This document shows, piece after piece, positions 38,801-50,977 of a DNA stretch of 64,000 bases. The translations under genes were made by a program, and so were the position numbers. The stretch's first letter is position 1. Each line of letters opens with the position of its first letter. Source of the stretch: Lingula anatina (lineage: Eukaryota > Animalia > Brachiopoda); the NCBI GenBank assembly GCA_051362555.1, contig CM120644.1, forward strand, positions 15,646,534 through 15,710,533, given 5' to 3'. The notes under the pieces were generated by a model. It was not told the DNA's origin and made no database searches. It was given only the letters and a program-made list of their open reading frames with translations.

Positions 38801-41076
38801 ACGGTCTGCCCCTTCTTAATTGCCTCACTTAAGGTTTCTATTATAGCTGATGCAAAGAGACTGCTATCGACACGAGCAAACAATACCGGGTTATGTATCA
38901 ACTGCAACAGAAGACTCGAGTAAAGGCAAGTCGAATATTAGAACAAAACTCTGAAGAACAAATCAGGCTTAGTTTTAAAACACGTATAACAATTTTATTT
39001 GATGATAGTAAGTCACGATCAACAAAAGCGTAGTTAAAATGGAAAATTATAAATAGCTAATACATCAAATAAATATCAATGTCTCATTACCTTTATTACA
39101 TGTGTTGCTAGTTTAGTAGCCTGATGCACGACCTTCTCTTCGTCGTATTTCTATAACACATAGTAAATGGCTTGTCGCGACACTTTATGGTCTTCATTTT
39201 CCATTTGTGCGGTTATGTTTTTAATTCGCACCCCTTGTTCTCGGAGGGCGATGATACGCAGACGCACGTAATCACTAAGAGGCTTCTTGGAATTGTGATG
39301 ATTTGGAAAATCTGAGTGTCGATTTATACCGTTCACTTGGCAGGTGACACGAAGGCACAGAAATCAGTGACATAAACTTGTCATATTATACAAAATACTT
39401 ATTGGCCATTTAGGAAGACCAGATACACAAACAATCCTGTTGACACGTGTCAGTTGATTTAGAATTATGTGCAATTGATTAGTTTGGATTGAAGAGCGTC
39501 ATCGCAATGTTAACATTAATTTTAGACGACGCGTGTCACACAGTAGTGATTATGTAATAATCAGGGCTTAATCACTGTGTTAACCCAGCATGAATAAAGC
39601 TAACCTGAACTGATTGTTAATTAATGTGAAATGACACGTGCCAACCAGTGAAGTTAGCCCGAGAGATTGTAATCCAGCTTTATAAATTAATTTCTTTTGA
39701 TGCTTTTTGTCCTACATAATCAAGGAATCAGTCTTTCGGCCGGCCAGTACCCGTCGCCTTGTCAAATAAAGAAATATTCGAAATTCGACAACGGGCCAGT
39801 TCCCCAGGCAACTTTTGCGTTCAGTTGATGGGAAGGTTGTTTACGATTGATGAACGAATACGAAAGGACAGAAATGTTACGGGTGTAGATGGGAGAGATC
39901 CTACATGCAAATATAGACAGAACTATATTAAAGATATGGCTAACAAAATATTTATCACTGAAACAACTGACAAGTCTTTTTGGAAAAAATGCATTTCGTC
40001 TATGAACAAAGCTAATAGAAATATAAAGACATACTATAAAAATAAATTTCAATCTTGTTAATAATATATATATAGCAAAGACAGTTTGAAGCCTAATAAA
40101 TACAGTGTATTACATGTTCAAGTACGAGTAGTGTTTTATTTGATCTTTAAGAAATTCATAAATTCATTTATTAAACTCTATGTAAATTCAATCAATTCAT
40201 AGCTATAATGTACACGAAAATTGCTGTCATCACCGAATCTTTTTGGTAAAGCAACTTTTAAAAATCACTGTTGGCAAGTTCTTATACTTAAAATCTCCGA
40301 ATCAGAGTAGAGTGATCAGAGTAGAGTGAAGCCACCGCGCATTAAAGGTCAATTAACGCTTGGACGAACACTTAATTGCGACCACGCTCACCTTCGATCT
40401 TTATCTCAGCGAGCTAGGGTTAGGCTCTTTTGTTAGCAGAAAGTTTGTCACGATAATTGCACGACGGGCAGGGTATGGAACTATTGTTAACAGAAACCAA
40501 ACAGCGTATGGATGACAATGTTATTTCCATAGTTACCGAGCCAGGCCGTCCGTACAACCCGCAGCGACCCGGAGGGTAAGTAAGGGGACATTCCGGCGGC
40601 ACTGTACCTAACTTCCGGAACAACCTTTAAACATTTCCCCTTTACTTTAACACCCGGTCATAAACCACCCATCTCTTTAAAGGAAAAATACATTTTTGTT
40701 CCAGTTATTGCGATGTATACCGTTTTTTGTTTGCAATTTTCTCTAGTACTGAACAAATTATCTATATATAAGTATTTTCAGTATACTGTAGCTCAGATTA
40801 AGCCTCCTTTCATTTTAGCACGCAGTTGGTCAGGCGGCAGACATCGTTGTACCTGGCCTCGATCCCAAAGTTGTGTATGATCGCCTCAGAATGAGCGGCA
40901 TTATTAGCACGGATTACATCGTCATGTATCACGCGCCAGGAGTGCGTCCGTGCTCTACCGGAACTCATCTTCACATTGCACGCTACCAAAAGGAAATGTT
41001 CACCGGTCGAGCCACGTGTTGGGTTATCGAAGGGACGAACATCTTTAACAGATGCCCGTCTCGGCCACCTTGTTAA
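35572..41076 (+). CDS. Secreted peptidase M15-like Zn-metallopeptidase (no PAN domain), paralog of 31061-33243
   Basis: Exons 35572-35632 (signal MKVAILIFLCLGLGAQSYYF), 37533-37669 (KLQEIANFFGSVTVTSGLRQGGDPH) and 40819-41076 (HAVGQAADI...STGTHLHIARY...CWVIEGT). Same intron position as the paralog; AATAAA at 41195. Confidence 0.8.
35713..36665 (-). mobile_element. 5'-truncated non-LTR retrotransposon (LINE 3' end) in intron 1
   Basis: Open 202-aa ORF2 C-terminus (36007-36615) with a CLCG..ET..HFFFQCP knuckle. AATAAA and poly(A) tail on the - strand (35712-35737). Target-site duplication AGTGAAAGT at 35704-35712 and 36666-36674. Confidence 0.85.
36925..37166. mobile_element. hAT-like MITE with a 5-bp TSD (TAAAG)
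   Basis: TAAAG|CAGCGGCGGATG...AAATCCACCACTG|TAAAG. Confidence 0.75.
39151..39336 (-). pseudogene. Transposase N-terminal HTH fragment
   Basis: LSDYVRLRIIALREQG...I...VSRQAIYYVL resembles the Tc1/IS630 N-terminal HTH; truncated by a stop codon. Confidence 0.6.
39759..40061 (+). CDS. BEN-domain-like ORF or exon inside the TIR element
   Basis: SSPGNFCVQLMGRLFTIDER...NVTGVDGR...R..YIK...WKKCISSMNKANR fits the BEN-domain pattern as I recall it. Possible acceptor at about 39724; AATAAA at 40095. Confidence 0.6.
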   Translation: MSNKEIFEIRQRASSPGNFCVQLMGRLFTIDERIRKDRNVTGVDGRDPTCKYRQNYIKDMANKIFITETTDKSFWKKCISSMNKANRNIKTYYKNKFQSC

Positions 41077-41262
41077 TATAATGTTAGGAGATCTACCGGT
41101 ACCTTTGTTCTGATGCGCATGCGAGGCAACATAACAGGTCATTTTCTGTGATTGCCTTTCGGATTGTGATTTCTAGCAGATATACGGCAACGCTAATAAA
41201 ATTGTTTTAAATGTGAAGACGCACGAGTAGTTTTTCACAAACATTATTTTCGTTTGTTTGTT

Positions 41263-41309
<47 letters not shown>

Positions 41310-42668
41310 AGTTAATATTTTAAGCATATTTTAAAGACAACGCAATAAATTGCGTGTCACTGCAGTCTTGTCCCATTTTCTGACCAATATCTCTGATTAC
41401 CTGATATTTTTCTACTTCCCCATATTTTTCCCCATAGGTTTCTTAATCTTTGAAAAACTCTTTGGCCTTTTCTTATTCAAAATCCACCAGAAATCTCTTA
41501 CATTTTCTCCAGTCAACGTATAGATTTACGTGTGAGTACAACAATAAAAACAAACAACCTGCTTACAGGTGTACTAAAGTATTACTGCTCATAAGCATTT
41601 GCTCCTGTCCCGCCAAGTATTGGCCTTGGCCCACGATTCTCGTTTATATTTACAGGTCAGATGCATTGTAATAAATATAGGACACTGATAAAGAAACGAC
41701 CTGAGAAAAACGACATGAATCACGAAAAGTCATCTTCCTGTCCATTGCTGCTCCGACAGTGCATGTTCATGAGACTCTATTATTAATATTTCCTTTTCCC
41801 TATCATTTCGTGAAATCTCGGACACAATATCAGCGTGATTAAGGCTACCGAAAGGAAAGAAAAACAAAGTGAATAAACTGGACATTTGATTCATCATACA
41901 CATTAAGGTGGAATAAACGTTTTGGATTCAGTCTACAGCCTCGGTTCCCTTTTACGACATAAAAATGATTTGAGAAGATGGGGGATGGAAGGGGTGGAGT
42001 GGGTTTGATATGACAAAGTATACAACAATAAAAAGTGTTACATGTATGTATGTATTTATATATGGTTGGCTTCAGAGCGGACATTGGATGTTCTTGTTAA
42101 GCCCACCCTTTCTTTCCTTTTGTCTGGGTTTATGGGAGAGGCGTTCAATTTTTGATATCTTTGTGTTGCGCTGGTCAAAATCATTTTTTCGAGTAATATA
42201 CTCACTGAAAATGTTCTAAAAGAGGGTCAAACGTATATAATGCTTCATAACTTGCATACATGTATGTGCTATCTCAGCATGGTCACTGAAGACTCCTTGA
42301 AGAAAAAGAAAATGAACAAAAAAGAAAGCTAAACGATGGCCAATATGACGTATTTGATGTCATAAAAACGGGTTTGTACATGTACTTAATTCCGTTCACG
42401 AAACTGAGTAACATACGGTACATATACGTGTACCTGTAAAAGCCCACCAATGTCTCAGATTCCATTTTACTTCATAAGTGTTTTATCATTTAGAGACCAA
42501 AGTGTTACGAAGCAGACAGCCTCTTGTCCAGGGAGGGTTCGGACCACATCCCTTGGCTCAGACCACATCCCTTGTCAAATCATTGATATGAATCTCGTCT
42601 GCTCCCGATTGACGTCAGGGTTTACCCACTGTGACCCAGTTTGGGTGACCCAGTTAAAGCCCCAGACT

Positions 42669-42930
42669 CGACCATTCCGTTGTGGTCAGTGTAAATATTT
42701 GTTAAGGTGTGTTTTGCTTGCATGACTAAATCGATGTCAAGGGCGATAAACGCATTTATTTACTGCTGGCCGGCCCAGTGTTTGGACACTATTAGATTTG
42801 TGATAAAGACGACCATTCCGTTATGGTCAGTTAAAATGTTTATTTACATGCGTGTTTTGTCTGCATGACTAAATCGATGACCAAGGGCGATAAACGCATT
42901 AACTCCCTGCTTGTTCATCCCATTGTTAGG
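42669..42930. repeat. Degenerate tandem duplication of about 140 bp upstream of the astacin gene
   Basis: CGACCATTCCGTT..GGTCAGT...GCATGACTAAATCGATG..AAGGGCGATAAACGCATT occurs twice. Confidence 0.8.
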
Positions 42931-43104
42931 GCACTGTGAACTTTCAAATAAAAAATCTCATTCTTAGTCTGACTCAATAAAATACCAAATTATTACATTT
43001 GTCATAGAGATGATGAAGCTAAATAATCAGTGAACCAAATAAAACCCGGAAATGCGGAAGTTTAGATCAAGTAGAGAGGGAAATCGCAAGGGGCAATCGA
43101 AATG

Positions 43105-43112
43105 TATAAAAG
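43105..43112 (+). promoter_or_regulatory. TATA box of the astacin gene
   Basis: TATAAAAG 49 nt upstream of ATG 43154. Confidence 0.6.
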
Positions 43113-43153
43113 AGATCTCAGAACAGGCAAGTCATTAGTAAAAAAACAGAAGT

Positions 43154-46100
43154 ATGAAAAACGTACAGTTTGTATCGAGATTTGTAGCCGCAGCACTGAC
43201 AGCGGCAGTTTGTGCAGTATGGGTAAGTAGTGAAACTGGCTAAACTTTCCGGTTAATAATTGTTTACTGTGTATGCACCAACAAAATAATGGATACCTGT
43301 TTTTAACGTTTTTAATATCTAGCTTGTACAGAAAGGACTAGGTTAAATAGTGCCATTTCAATTTTTGAAACTGCTTGATTCAAACATACTTTTGGGAAAT
43401 ATTTCAGCTTTTAGATGTGTCACACGCAGCGACGATGGATGAACTAATCAAGATCGCAGCAAATAAAAGTAAATATAAACTTTTTATAATTTCCTTTGTT
43501 CCTTACCAAGGGGCACGTAAAATTTCAAAACCTGCAATATGAGAAAAGTGTATTCTCAATCCACATTTATAACCTGGTCAAACATAAGTTGACTTTTTTC
43601 TATTGTACTTATACTATGATTCAGTGTTTAATCCGCGATAAATTCATCGTCATCCAGCTGAAAAAAAGAACACGGAAAAATAATTATTCGAACCAGAAAA
43701 AAAACTTTCTCGATGGTGAATTTTTATTTTCGTTTTCACATTTTACTAGGTAGAGCACTGGAGACTATACAAGATGACAGCGTTGTTCTACGTGAACTGG
43801 ATATATTGATGCTTAAAGAAGATTTTCAAGCTCTCGAAAGAGCCAGGGAGGAGGAGTTTGGGTAAGCAAGGTCGTCATATTTTAGGACAATTAGAATTTG
43901 ATAAGGCGCATATAAAAGTAAACCAAAGAAGCGATTTTTATGTTTCCTTGTCAATAGCACATTTACGGCCTAAGAATGGGATGTCAAATTCATTTTAACT
44001 GAAATGATACGTTTTTTAAAACATTAAAATGCTATATTTACGACACGTTTGCTTCTTGATTATTTCTCAATTATTTCCTTTTTATATAAAATAAAAATAA
44101 GAACAGTGGCATAGTTATAAGAGCATGCACAAATATTATATGTAGTGATAGTGGTTTGTTTCTAAAGAGAGTAAATATGTTTTTTTACTTGACTATAATA
44201 ATCAAAACGTCATATCTCAAGAACAAAAAGCGAGTTAATTTCTAAAATAAAGGTGAAGATGTATTAAGACAAATGCCCTTACAGTATGTCATCGATTGAC
44301 GAAACATATTTTAAATTTTATCTGAAGATTGCTTGACAAGGACGGTAATTATGAAGGGGAACGTACCCGCAAGAAAAGGAAAGGAGTCAGAGATTTAGGA
44401 CGCCGCTGGCCAAATGGTGTAGTTCCTTACACCATATCATCGGTGATGTGTAAGTACAAGTTGTATGAAAAAAAGTTAAAATAATTGAAATCTAAAAAAA
44501 CACTCGCAATAGATAAATAAGTGTATAAGCATATAAAAAATACATAATAAATACATAATAAATAAGTATATAAATAAATACATAAATTATTTAAAAACAG
44601 ACGAGCGCGTCTGTGGATGCACGCACATATATTTAGAAACGGGGGGGGGGGGGTTCAAGATTTTGACATAGGTGGGGTGGGGGTCTGTTGGTGGGTCATA
44701 AGAATAGTAAAAGAAGACGTAGTCAATTTTAACATAATCCCTAGGACACAGGAATGAACAAGTTTGTTGTTTTTTTTTTTTTTTTTTTTTGCTTTGTTTC
44801 TGATCTCATGCTGTTTTTCTTGGACGGAAAAGAGAAAGTGGGATACTGTGTAACCCCTATTGTAAAAACTGAAGGGGGTGACAGTTGTTCTTGCCCCCCC
44901 CCCTTACCCACGACCTGGGTGCTCCATTACATTTGAATGTACAATAAACAACGCCACACCAAACAAAACCGTGCATTGAAAAAATCATGCAAAGAAATAT
45001 TTATTTTCTGATCCATGTTTCCAGCTGCCTCAGATCGCAGAGCCATACAGCAGACCTTGGATGACTGGAACAAATACACATGTATCCAATTCAGGCCACG
45101 AAGAAATGAAAGGAATTACATTCACTTGGAAAATGGCAGCGGGTAAGAAGGAAGAAGTTTCTCAGATAGAATTTATCTTCTTGTTAATTTTTAATTTGTA
45201 TTATAAATGAAATTGAAAAATGAAAGACTTTCGAGAATAGATAAGACGGTTATTTTTATTAAAATCATATACCTGATTTAAGTACTTAAACAAAAATATA
45301 TCAATGTCATGAATGTTCTCAAAGGCAATACATATTCAAATTTATATTTTAGTTTGGATAAATAAATTTGTTTTTGGTTCTTATTAAATAAAAAAAACAT
45401 ATTTTACAGGTTTGTATTTCTAACAAGTGATTGTTACATAGAAGGTCATGAAAAGTCAAGAATTCTATTTGATTCACATTATAATCACGTCTTTTGATTT
45501 AATTATCAAACAGACTTGTATAGGGCATGTTGGATTTCCTCTTATTTGAATATGCTTCGTAAGCTTTTGTGTTTTCTTTTCTAGGTGTTCATCTTTCGTC
45601 GGAATGTTAGGACGGGGACGCCAACTGGTTACCTTGGGACAAGGATGCAGATCTGTAAGTTCAGTCGTTATGAAGCCTCGTATTTATCCAGTTATTCCCC
45701 AGTAACATGCCTCATTCATATGCCAATTTAAATTGTGGTAAATATTGCTTGTTGTAGTTGGAAAACTGGTGGAAATCAATAGAAATGTACTCGTTATTTT
45801 GTCAGTAGCATTAGATAGAAAACGATACTTTATCAGCCAATGTTTTTAAGTATAAGATTATTACATAATGCATTATGCCTTTTAGAAAGGAATCATCATC
45901 CATGAATTGGGACACGCGATAGGGTTCAACCACGAGCAGACGAGATATGACCGCGATAACTATGTCACCATCGTCAGAGGAAACATTCCAGGACATCTTT
46001 ATTACAACTTCGAAAAATATCCGCAGTCTGTTACCAATACGCATGGCGTACCGTACGATTACGACAGCGTCATGCATTACGGCCAATACGTAAGTTCAGT

Positions 46101-48167
46101 TTTTTTTTATGTTTCGTCTTACTTCTAATTTTTCTTACTCCTACCTTTTCGGGTTTTTTTTACTTATTCTTTTGGTCCTTCTTTTCATTGTTGACCTTAG
46201 ACCTTCCAGAATATAGTTAACCTACAAGAAAATCTCATATTCTCAGGCATTTTCTACCAACGGGCGTCCAACTATCATAACCAAAGATAAGTCCAAGCAG
46301 AATACAATTGGAAACAGCTTCGGGCTCAGCTTCGGCGATGTCAAATTGGCAAACGCCATGTACAGTTGCGATCGTGAGTTTCCTCGATTTATTTTACGTT
46401 TCGTGCATTTTAAAAGTCATTTGCGACAAGTAGTAATTATACAGTCTCATTTTTTAGTGTGAAGTTAAGTATAATTTGTAGATTTTATTACCCTTCTACA
46501 GGCCCGTGGCGAGCAAAGTTCAAGTTTGTGTGACCATTGAAAATAATATTGTCAGTTTGATGTTATAGTTTAATAATTATTTGAAAACCAATTTGGTCTC
46601 AAGACCCGTTGGCCTCTGCTTCCTGCTCTTGTGATGTGACTCTCTCGCTGACTCTGACGCCTATAAAGTAAGGTACACTTTTTCTCTCAACTGAACATGC
46701 ATTTTATGTCTCAGGTGGCTGCACGAACAAACCTAGATGCCCCTCCCCGGGATTCGTGGACAAGAATTGCCGCTGTATGTGCCCAGGAACTAACGGGGGT
46801 GTTCCTGTGCAACCCTGCAGTACCGGGGGTGGCACTGGGGGCGGAACTGGAGGCGGCACCGGGGGAGGAACCGGGGGAGGTACTGGCGGTGGCACTGGAG
46901 GCGGAACCGGGGGCGGAAATAGTAGGTTGAATGCATCTGTGTTTGATTTTAATACGTATCTCTTTTTTCTTGAGAATTGCGTTTTAAACGCTGGTGCTCA
47001 CTTCTATCTCACTCGAAAAACTGTCACAAGAAATGAGTGATACAGCTTTGGTCGATTTGAACTTGAACTTGATTGTTACATTTATCTGTTACAGACAACT
47101 GTCGGGATAACAACAACAATTGTGCAGGCTGGGCGTCAAGAGGCGAGTGTCAACGTAACCCTGGATACATGCACGTTTACTGTAAAGAGTCATGTCGTTT
47201 GTGTAACGGAGGAGGAGGAGGTATGGGGTCTTTTGTTTTGTTACCCTTATTTTTAGGAAGGACTTTATTCTCTCCCCCAGCATAAAATAGTTTATATTGA
47301 GTTTACCTTTATCTTCGGCATATAACCTTCTATTTGAAAAACATATATCTTTTATGAAGAATTTAGTTAGTGAATCCAAATAAATAAATAGAAATGAAAT
47401 CATGAATTTTAGTTAAACCAAAATGAAAAATATTATAAATGCGATTTTTTTCCCGCGAGCAGCAACATGTACCTCGTGGCAGTATTCTTATTCTTCACAG
47501 CCGTCATCTTCTAATATTTTGCAAATCTAGATCAATGCCTGTCGCGAATTTGTTGATGTCTTAATTGACCTTTCCTTGTGTAACCCCAAATATATCTTTA
47601 TTTCGTCGGAATTTCTGTACCTAGTCTAAATGACCAAAATATCTTTACTACTTTTTTATCACTTTTCCAGGAAGTAGCAGTTGTGTTGACTACGACACAT
47701 ATTGTGCCACTTGGGCAGCACGTGGCGAGTGCTCTCGTAACCCCCGGTATATGATCCCTTACTGTCCAAAATCCTGCAATAGATGCTCTGGAGGTACAGT
47801 CACACATAACTTCTTTGGTTTGGTTTTAAGCTGAAGTGAAATAGTTGTACTGTTTATAAAGTATTCTTTTATTAATCTATAACAGCGTTACTTCAAAATG
47901 ATTTTTATATAGATTTCAGATAATTCTTAAATATTGGTCGTCACTGAAGCATTATAAAACGTAACTTGGTATACCTGACTCTGTTTACTTTTGTCATTAT
48001 CAATATATTTATCATTGATATTTAATTTCCTTTATTTGATATTTTTTCCAGCTCCCTGCGTTGACAAGAACGTTCTCTGCGATCAATGGTCTAAGAGGGG
48101 AGAGTGCGCCAAGAACCCGAATTACATGCTTGTTAATTGTCAACGTGCGTGTGGCGAGTGCTCGTAA
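43154..48167 (+). CDS. Astacin-family (M12A) zinc metalloprotease with a Cys-rich segment, (TGGG)n linker and three ShK domains
   Basis: 12 exons: 43154-43222, 43408-43468, 43750-43861, 44328-44449, 45025-45142, 45585-45654, 45886-46089, 46247-46373, 46715-46921, 47095-47220, 47671-47793 and 48052-48167. Motifs: pro-domain ELDI, furin site [31 protein letters not shown], Met-turn SVMHY, and three CxD...C..W...GEC..NP.YM...C...C..C repeats. Confidence 0.95.
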
Positions 48168-49507
48168 TTGCCGATGCAGAGTTCTCCGTAACCCCATTTT
48201 ACGGGTTTTTTTATTTTTCTACATAAATGAATTCGATTTTATACAATATTACTTAGTTTGTGTGTGAAATGGCATGCACCGTATATCAGTTTGGTAAGAC
48301 ATATGTATTTTATTTTTGAATTGATGTTTTATATTTTGAACCGATGTATATACATATCTGTATTTATTCTAATGATTACAGCACATTTCACATGGGTTGC
48401 TCTTAGAAAAAAAGTGTACCTTGCTTTTGTAAACCTAGTGATTATTTTTTCTACAGAAATAATTTAAATATTATATTTTATATTTCAATGTTATAAAGGC
48501 ATATTATTTCCATTTACATACATATATCGAAATCTGTAGGCACTACCAAATCAACCTGATCAATAAAAGTTTATTTCCAATTAATTACCAATGTTATTCA
48601 TTTTATTAAAATAGTATATCCAACTTAAATATAGATATTAAAATTTCTTATGCTTTTAGAAAAATCCGTACGTATAATATGCCAATTAAGCCTTTTTCAA
48701 ACATGTTCTAAACAGAATGTAAGCAACTAAACGCACTTTATAATTGACTATGCTCACTTTACATTTGTACCTTTCAATAAAACGGAACGGAAGTAATAAA
48801 AGGTGGTAGGTACAAGGAAATGTTATTTTACATAGCAACCTTTAATTTTGACTATCGGCAAATACATTTTGTACAAGACTTACTCCATTTTTGGCCTTTT
48901 TCTAACTGGTTTTTCTGCTAAAAAAAACGCTTCCAGCGCAAGAAAAGCATTGGACCTTGGAGAGAGAGAGACTATGAGTGTGGTTGCATAAAAAATTGCA
49001 ACGGCTATTTAACTGATCAATCGGTTCATATCGGGGGAGGGGGGGCACACTTGCCGCTCACTGGTCAAGGTAACAGACCTATCAGCCTCTACTAAAAACA
49101 AAATACTATCGGTCTATTTACATACGGAAAATAAAAATGGTATAATTATTTTAAGTGTGTAATAGGAAAATATCATAAAAAATAAGGTCACGCCATGCAC
49201 CATATGCTTCAAAGCTATCACCTAAATAAGTGAATATATACATTAAAAAATTAAATATTGCAGCGCAAAATCGTTACTTCATGTGCAAACACGTACCATA
49301 TGCCATTTTTAAAATAATGAATTGAATCCACTGGTTATAAAAATTTTAGTCTTGGTCAAAGTAATTCGTTCTTTATCTTTTTACATTTCTGCAAATACAA
49401 ATTATCGTTTCAGTTACAGGTAGTTGCCCAGATCCGGAAAGGATACACTCAGAAAGCTTTTTTATGACAATACGTGCTGCCTGCATTATACCCAAGTCAT
49501 AGTGTTT

Positions 49508-50977
49508 TTATTGATATTCTATTACTTTCCAGGCGTCCTCTTTTCCTGCAGCCATCTTCATGAGCTTCACGGTCATTTCAGCGTATCTGGTCGCGTTCGA
49601 TTCCGTCACCCTATTTGTGCCGTAGGCCAAATTGTAGCAGAAGCAACCACGGAATTTCTGTAGGTAATGAAAAAATGGTGCTTGCGCCTTGTGTATAGCA
49701 GATGATGAAACCAGTCTCGTGGCGTGAATCAAGTCCTCCTTTGTCTCCGGAGGCCACAGTCTGTCGCAGTCGCCGAGGTTAGAGGTACAGATATCAGATG
49801 TACACCCTCGATTTGATACCATTCGTTTTACTCTTCTATCGCTAAAGAGGTGATTAGAGATTTTTGTATCTCTTATGACGTCGCCATTGTTGAGACTGGC
49901 ATGGATAACTTGAGTCGCACGTTTGACAAGTTCCCAAAACCCAGCATATGTAGTGGCTGTTGGAGTTATCAATGGGACGTCAAGAGGTATGGCCAAACTT
50001 CCAGTGGCATTGTTTAATTCCGGGGAGAGAAAACGTCGCATGTTAACCGCATGAGTGGAGACAATCTCCAAAACTCGCGGGGACTGCCCTTCATTAATAA
50101 GCTTAGCCACGGCCATCGAGGCAGCAGCAAAAAGAACGCCTTGTACAGTAACTCCATGATCCTTACATTTCACTATGATTATTTTGGTTTCTGGAACTGA
50201 AAATTGAACCGCCACTATTTTCGTGCAGCCCTCACCTGGTATTGAAACTTTTAGAAACCGCTTTGAAAATAAACTTTCGGTGGGGAATACATCTTTATAT
50301 TTCACCTTTGCAACTTGGAAATAGTCACGCCAACCGACTGCCATTTTATCCTTTGGCAGGAATTCTTCTAAAGAGTGCAGACATTTCTTGGCATCGGCAT
50401 CTTCGCGGGGCTTGCCTGCCAAAAAAGCGTTTAGTATACCGATCAGTTTCTTTGACATGATTAAAGCTGATATCCCATCCAATATAGAATGGTGTACCCC
50501 AAACACCACTGCACTGATAAACCAGCTGTCTCCTGCTATCGGAGAACACACCTCTTCCCCCGAATCGATTTGCGTGTTATCACAAGGCATGCGCAGAATC
50601 TTCACTCTCCAGAGTGGACCATTGGCTGTGTCAAACATCAAGCACATCATATGCTCGTGGACTTTCTTCCAGTCGTTGTATGATGCTATGTCCAGAACCT
50701 CGAAGTCTGTTCGAGGTTCGTCCATGTACTTGAAATACCTCTTGCCGTCTTGCCAAACAATAGCCAGGCAAAGTTGCGGAATGATTTCTTGCAGACGCTT
50801 GAGACCAAGGCCCCATACGTCATAGGATAAGAACTGTTTTGACTTAACCCACGTTGTAAATGCTGTAATACTGACACCCGCGTCATGCATAACGGCAAAC
50901 TTGTTTTCAGTGCTTCCTAGTGGGCGAAGAACTTCCGTGGTGCGCAACGATGGGTTTGCCTTAAAATTGTCAGCCAT
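49508..50977 (-). CDS. HHxxxDG CoA-dependent acyltransferase / stand-alone condensation-like protein, paralog 1
   Basis: Single long coding exon with LRPLGSTE, GPLWRV, VHHSILDG, CKDHGVTVQG and TSNLG. Likely start is ATG 50977 (MADNF), just after an AG acceptor; the ORF-track start at 51073 is probably intronic. Confidence 0.85.
   Translation of the reverse strand: MADNFKANPSLRTTEVLRPLGSTENKFAVMHDAGVSITAFTTWVKSKQFLSYDVWGLGLKRLQEIIPQLCLAIVWQDGKRYFKYMDEPRTDFEVLDIASYNDWKKVHEHMMCLMFDTANGPLWRVKILRMPCDNTQIDSGEEVCSPIAGDSWFISAVVFGVHHSILDGISALIMSKKLIGILNAFLAGKPREDADAKKCLHSLEEFLPKDKMAVGWRDYFQVAKVKYKDVFPTESLFSKRFLKVSIPGEGCTKIVAVQFSVPETKIIIVKCKDHGVTVQGVLFAAASMAVAKLINEGQSPRVLEIVSTHAVNMRRFLSPELNNATGSLAIPLDVPLITPTATTYAGFWELVKRATQVIHASLNNGDVIRDTKISNHLFSDRRVKRMVSNRGCTSDICTSNLGDCDRLWPPETKEDLIHATRLVSSSAIHKAQAPFFHYLQKFRGCFCYNLAYGTNRVTESNATRYAEMTVKLMKMAAGKEDAWKVIEYQ

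Larger units (their letters stand above)
38649..40604. mobile_element. Tc1/mariner-superfamily-like non-autonomous TIR element carrying an HTH fragment and a BEN-like ORF
   Basis: Perfect 25-bp TIR CAGTGCCGCCGGAATGTCCCCTTAC with TA on both sides; lies in intron 2 of the M15-like gene. Confidence 0.85.

Noticed and set aside
31061-41076. Hedgehog ligand genes
   Set aside because: They share the Hx6D/HxH fold motif but lack the CGPGR N-terminus, the Hint/Hog domain and the Hedgehog-specific flanking sequence.
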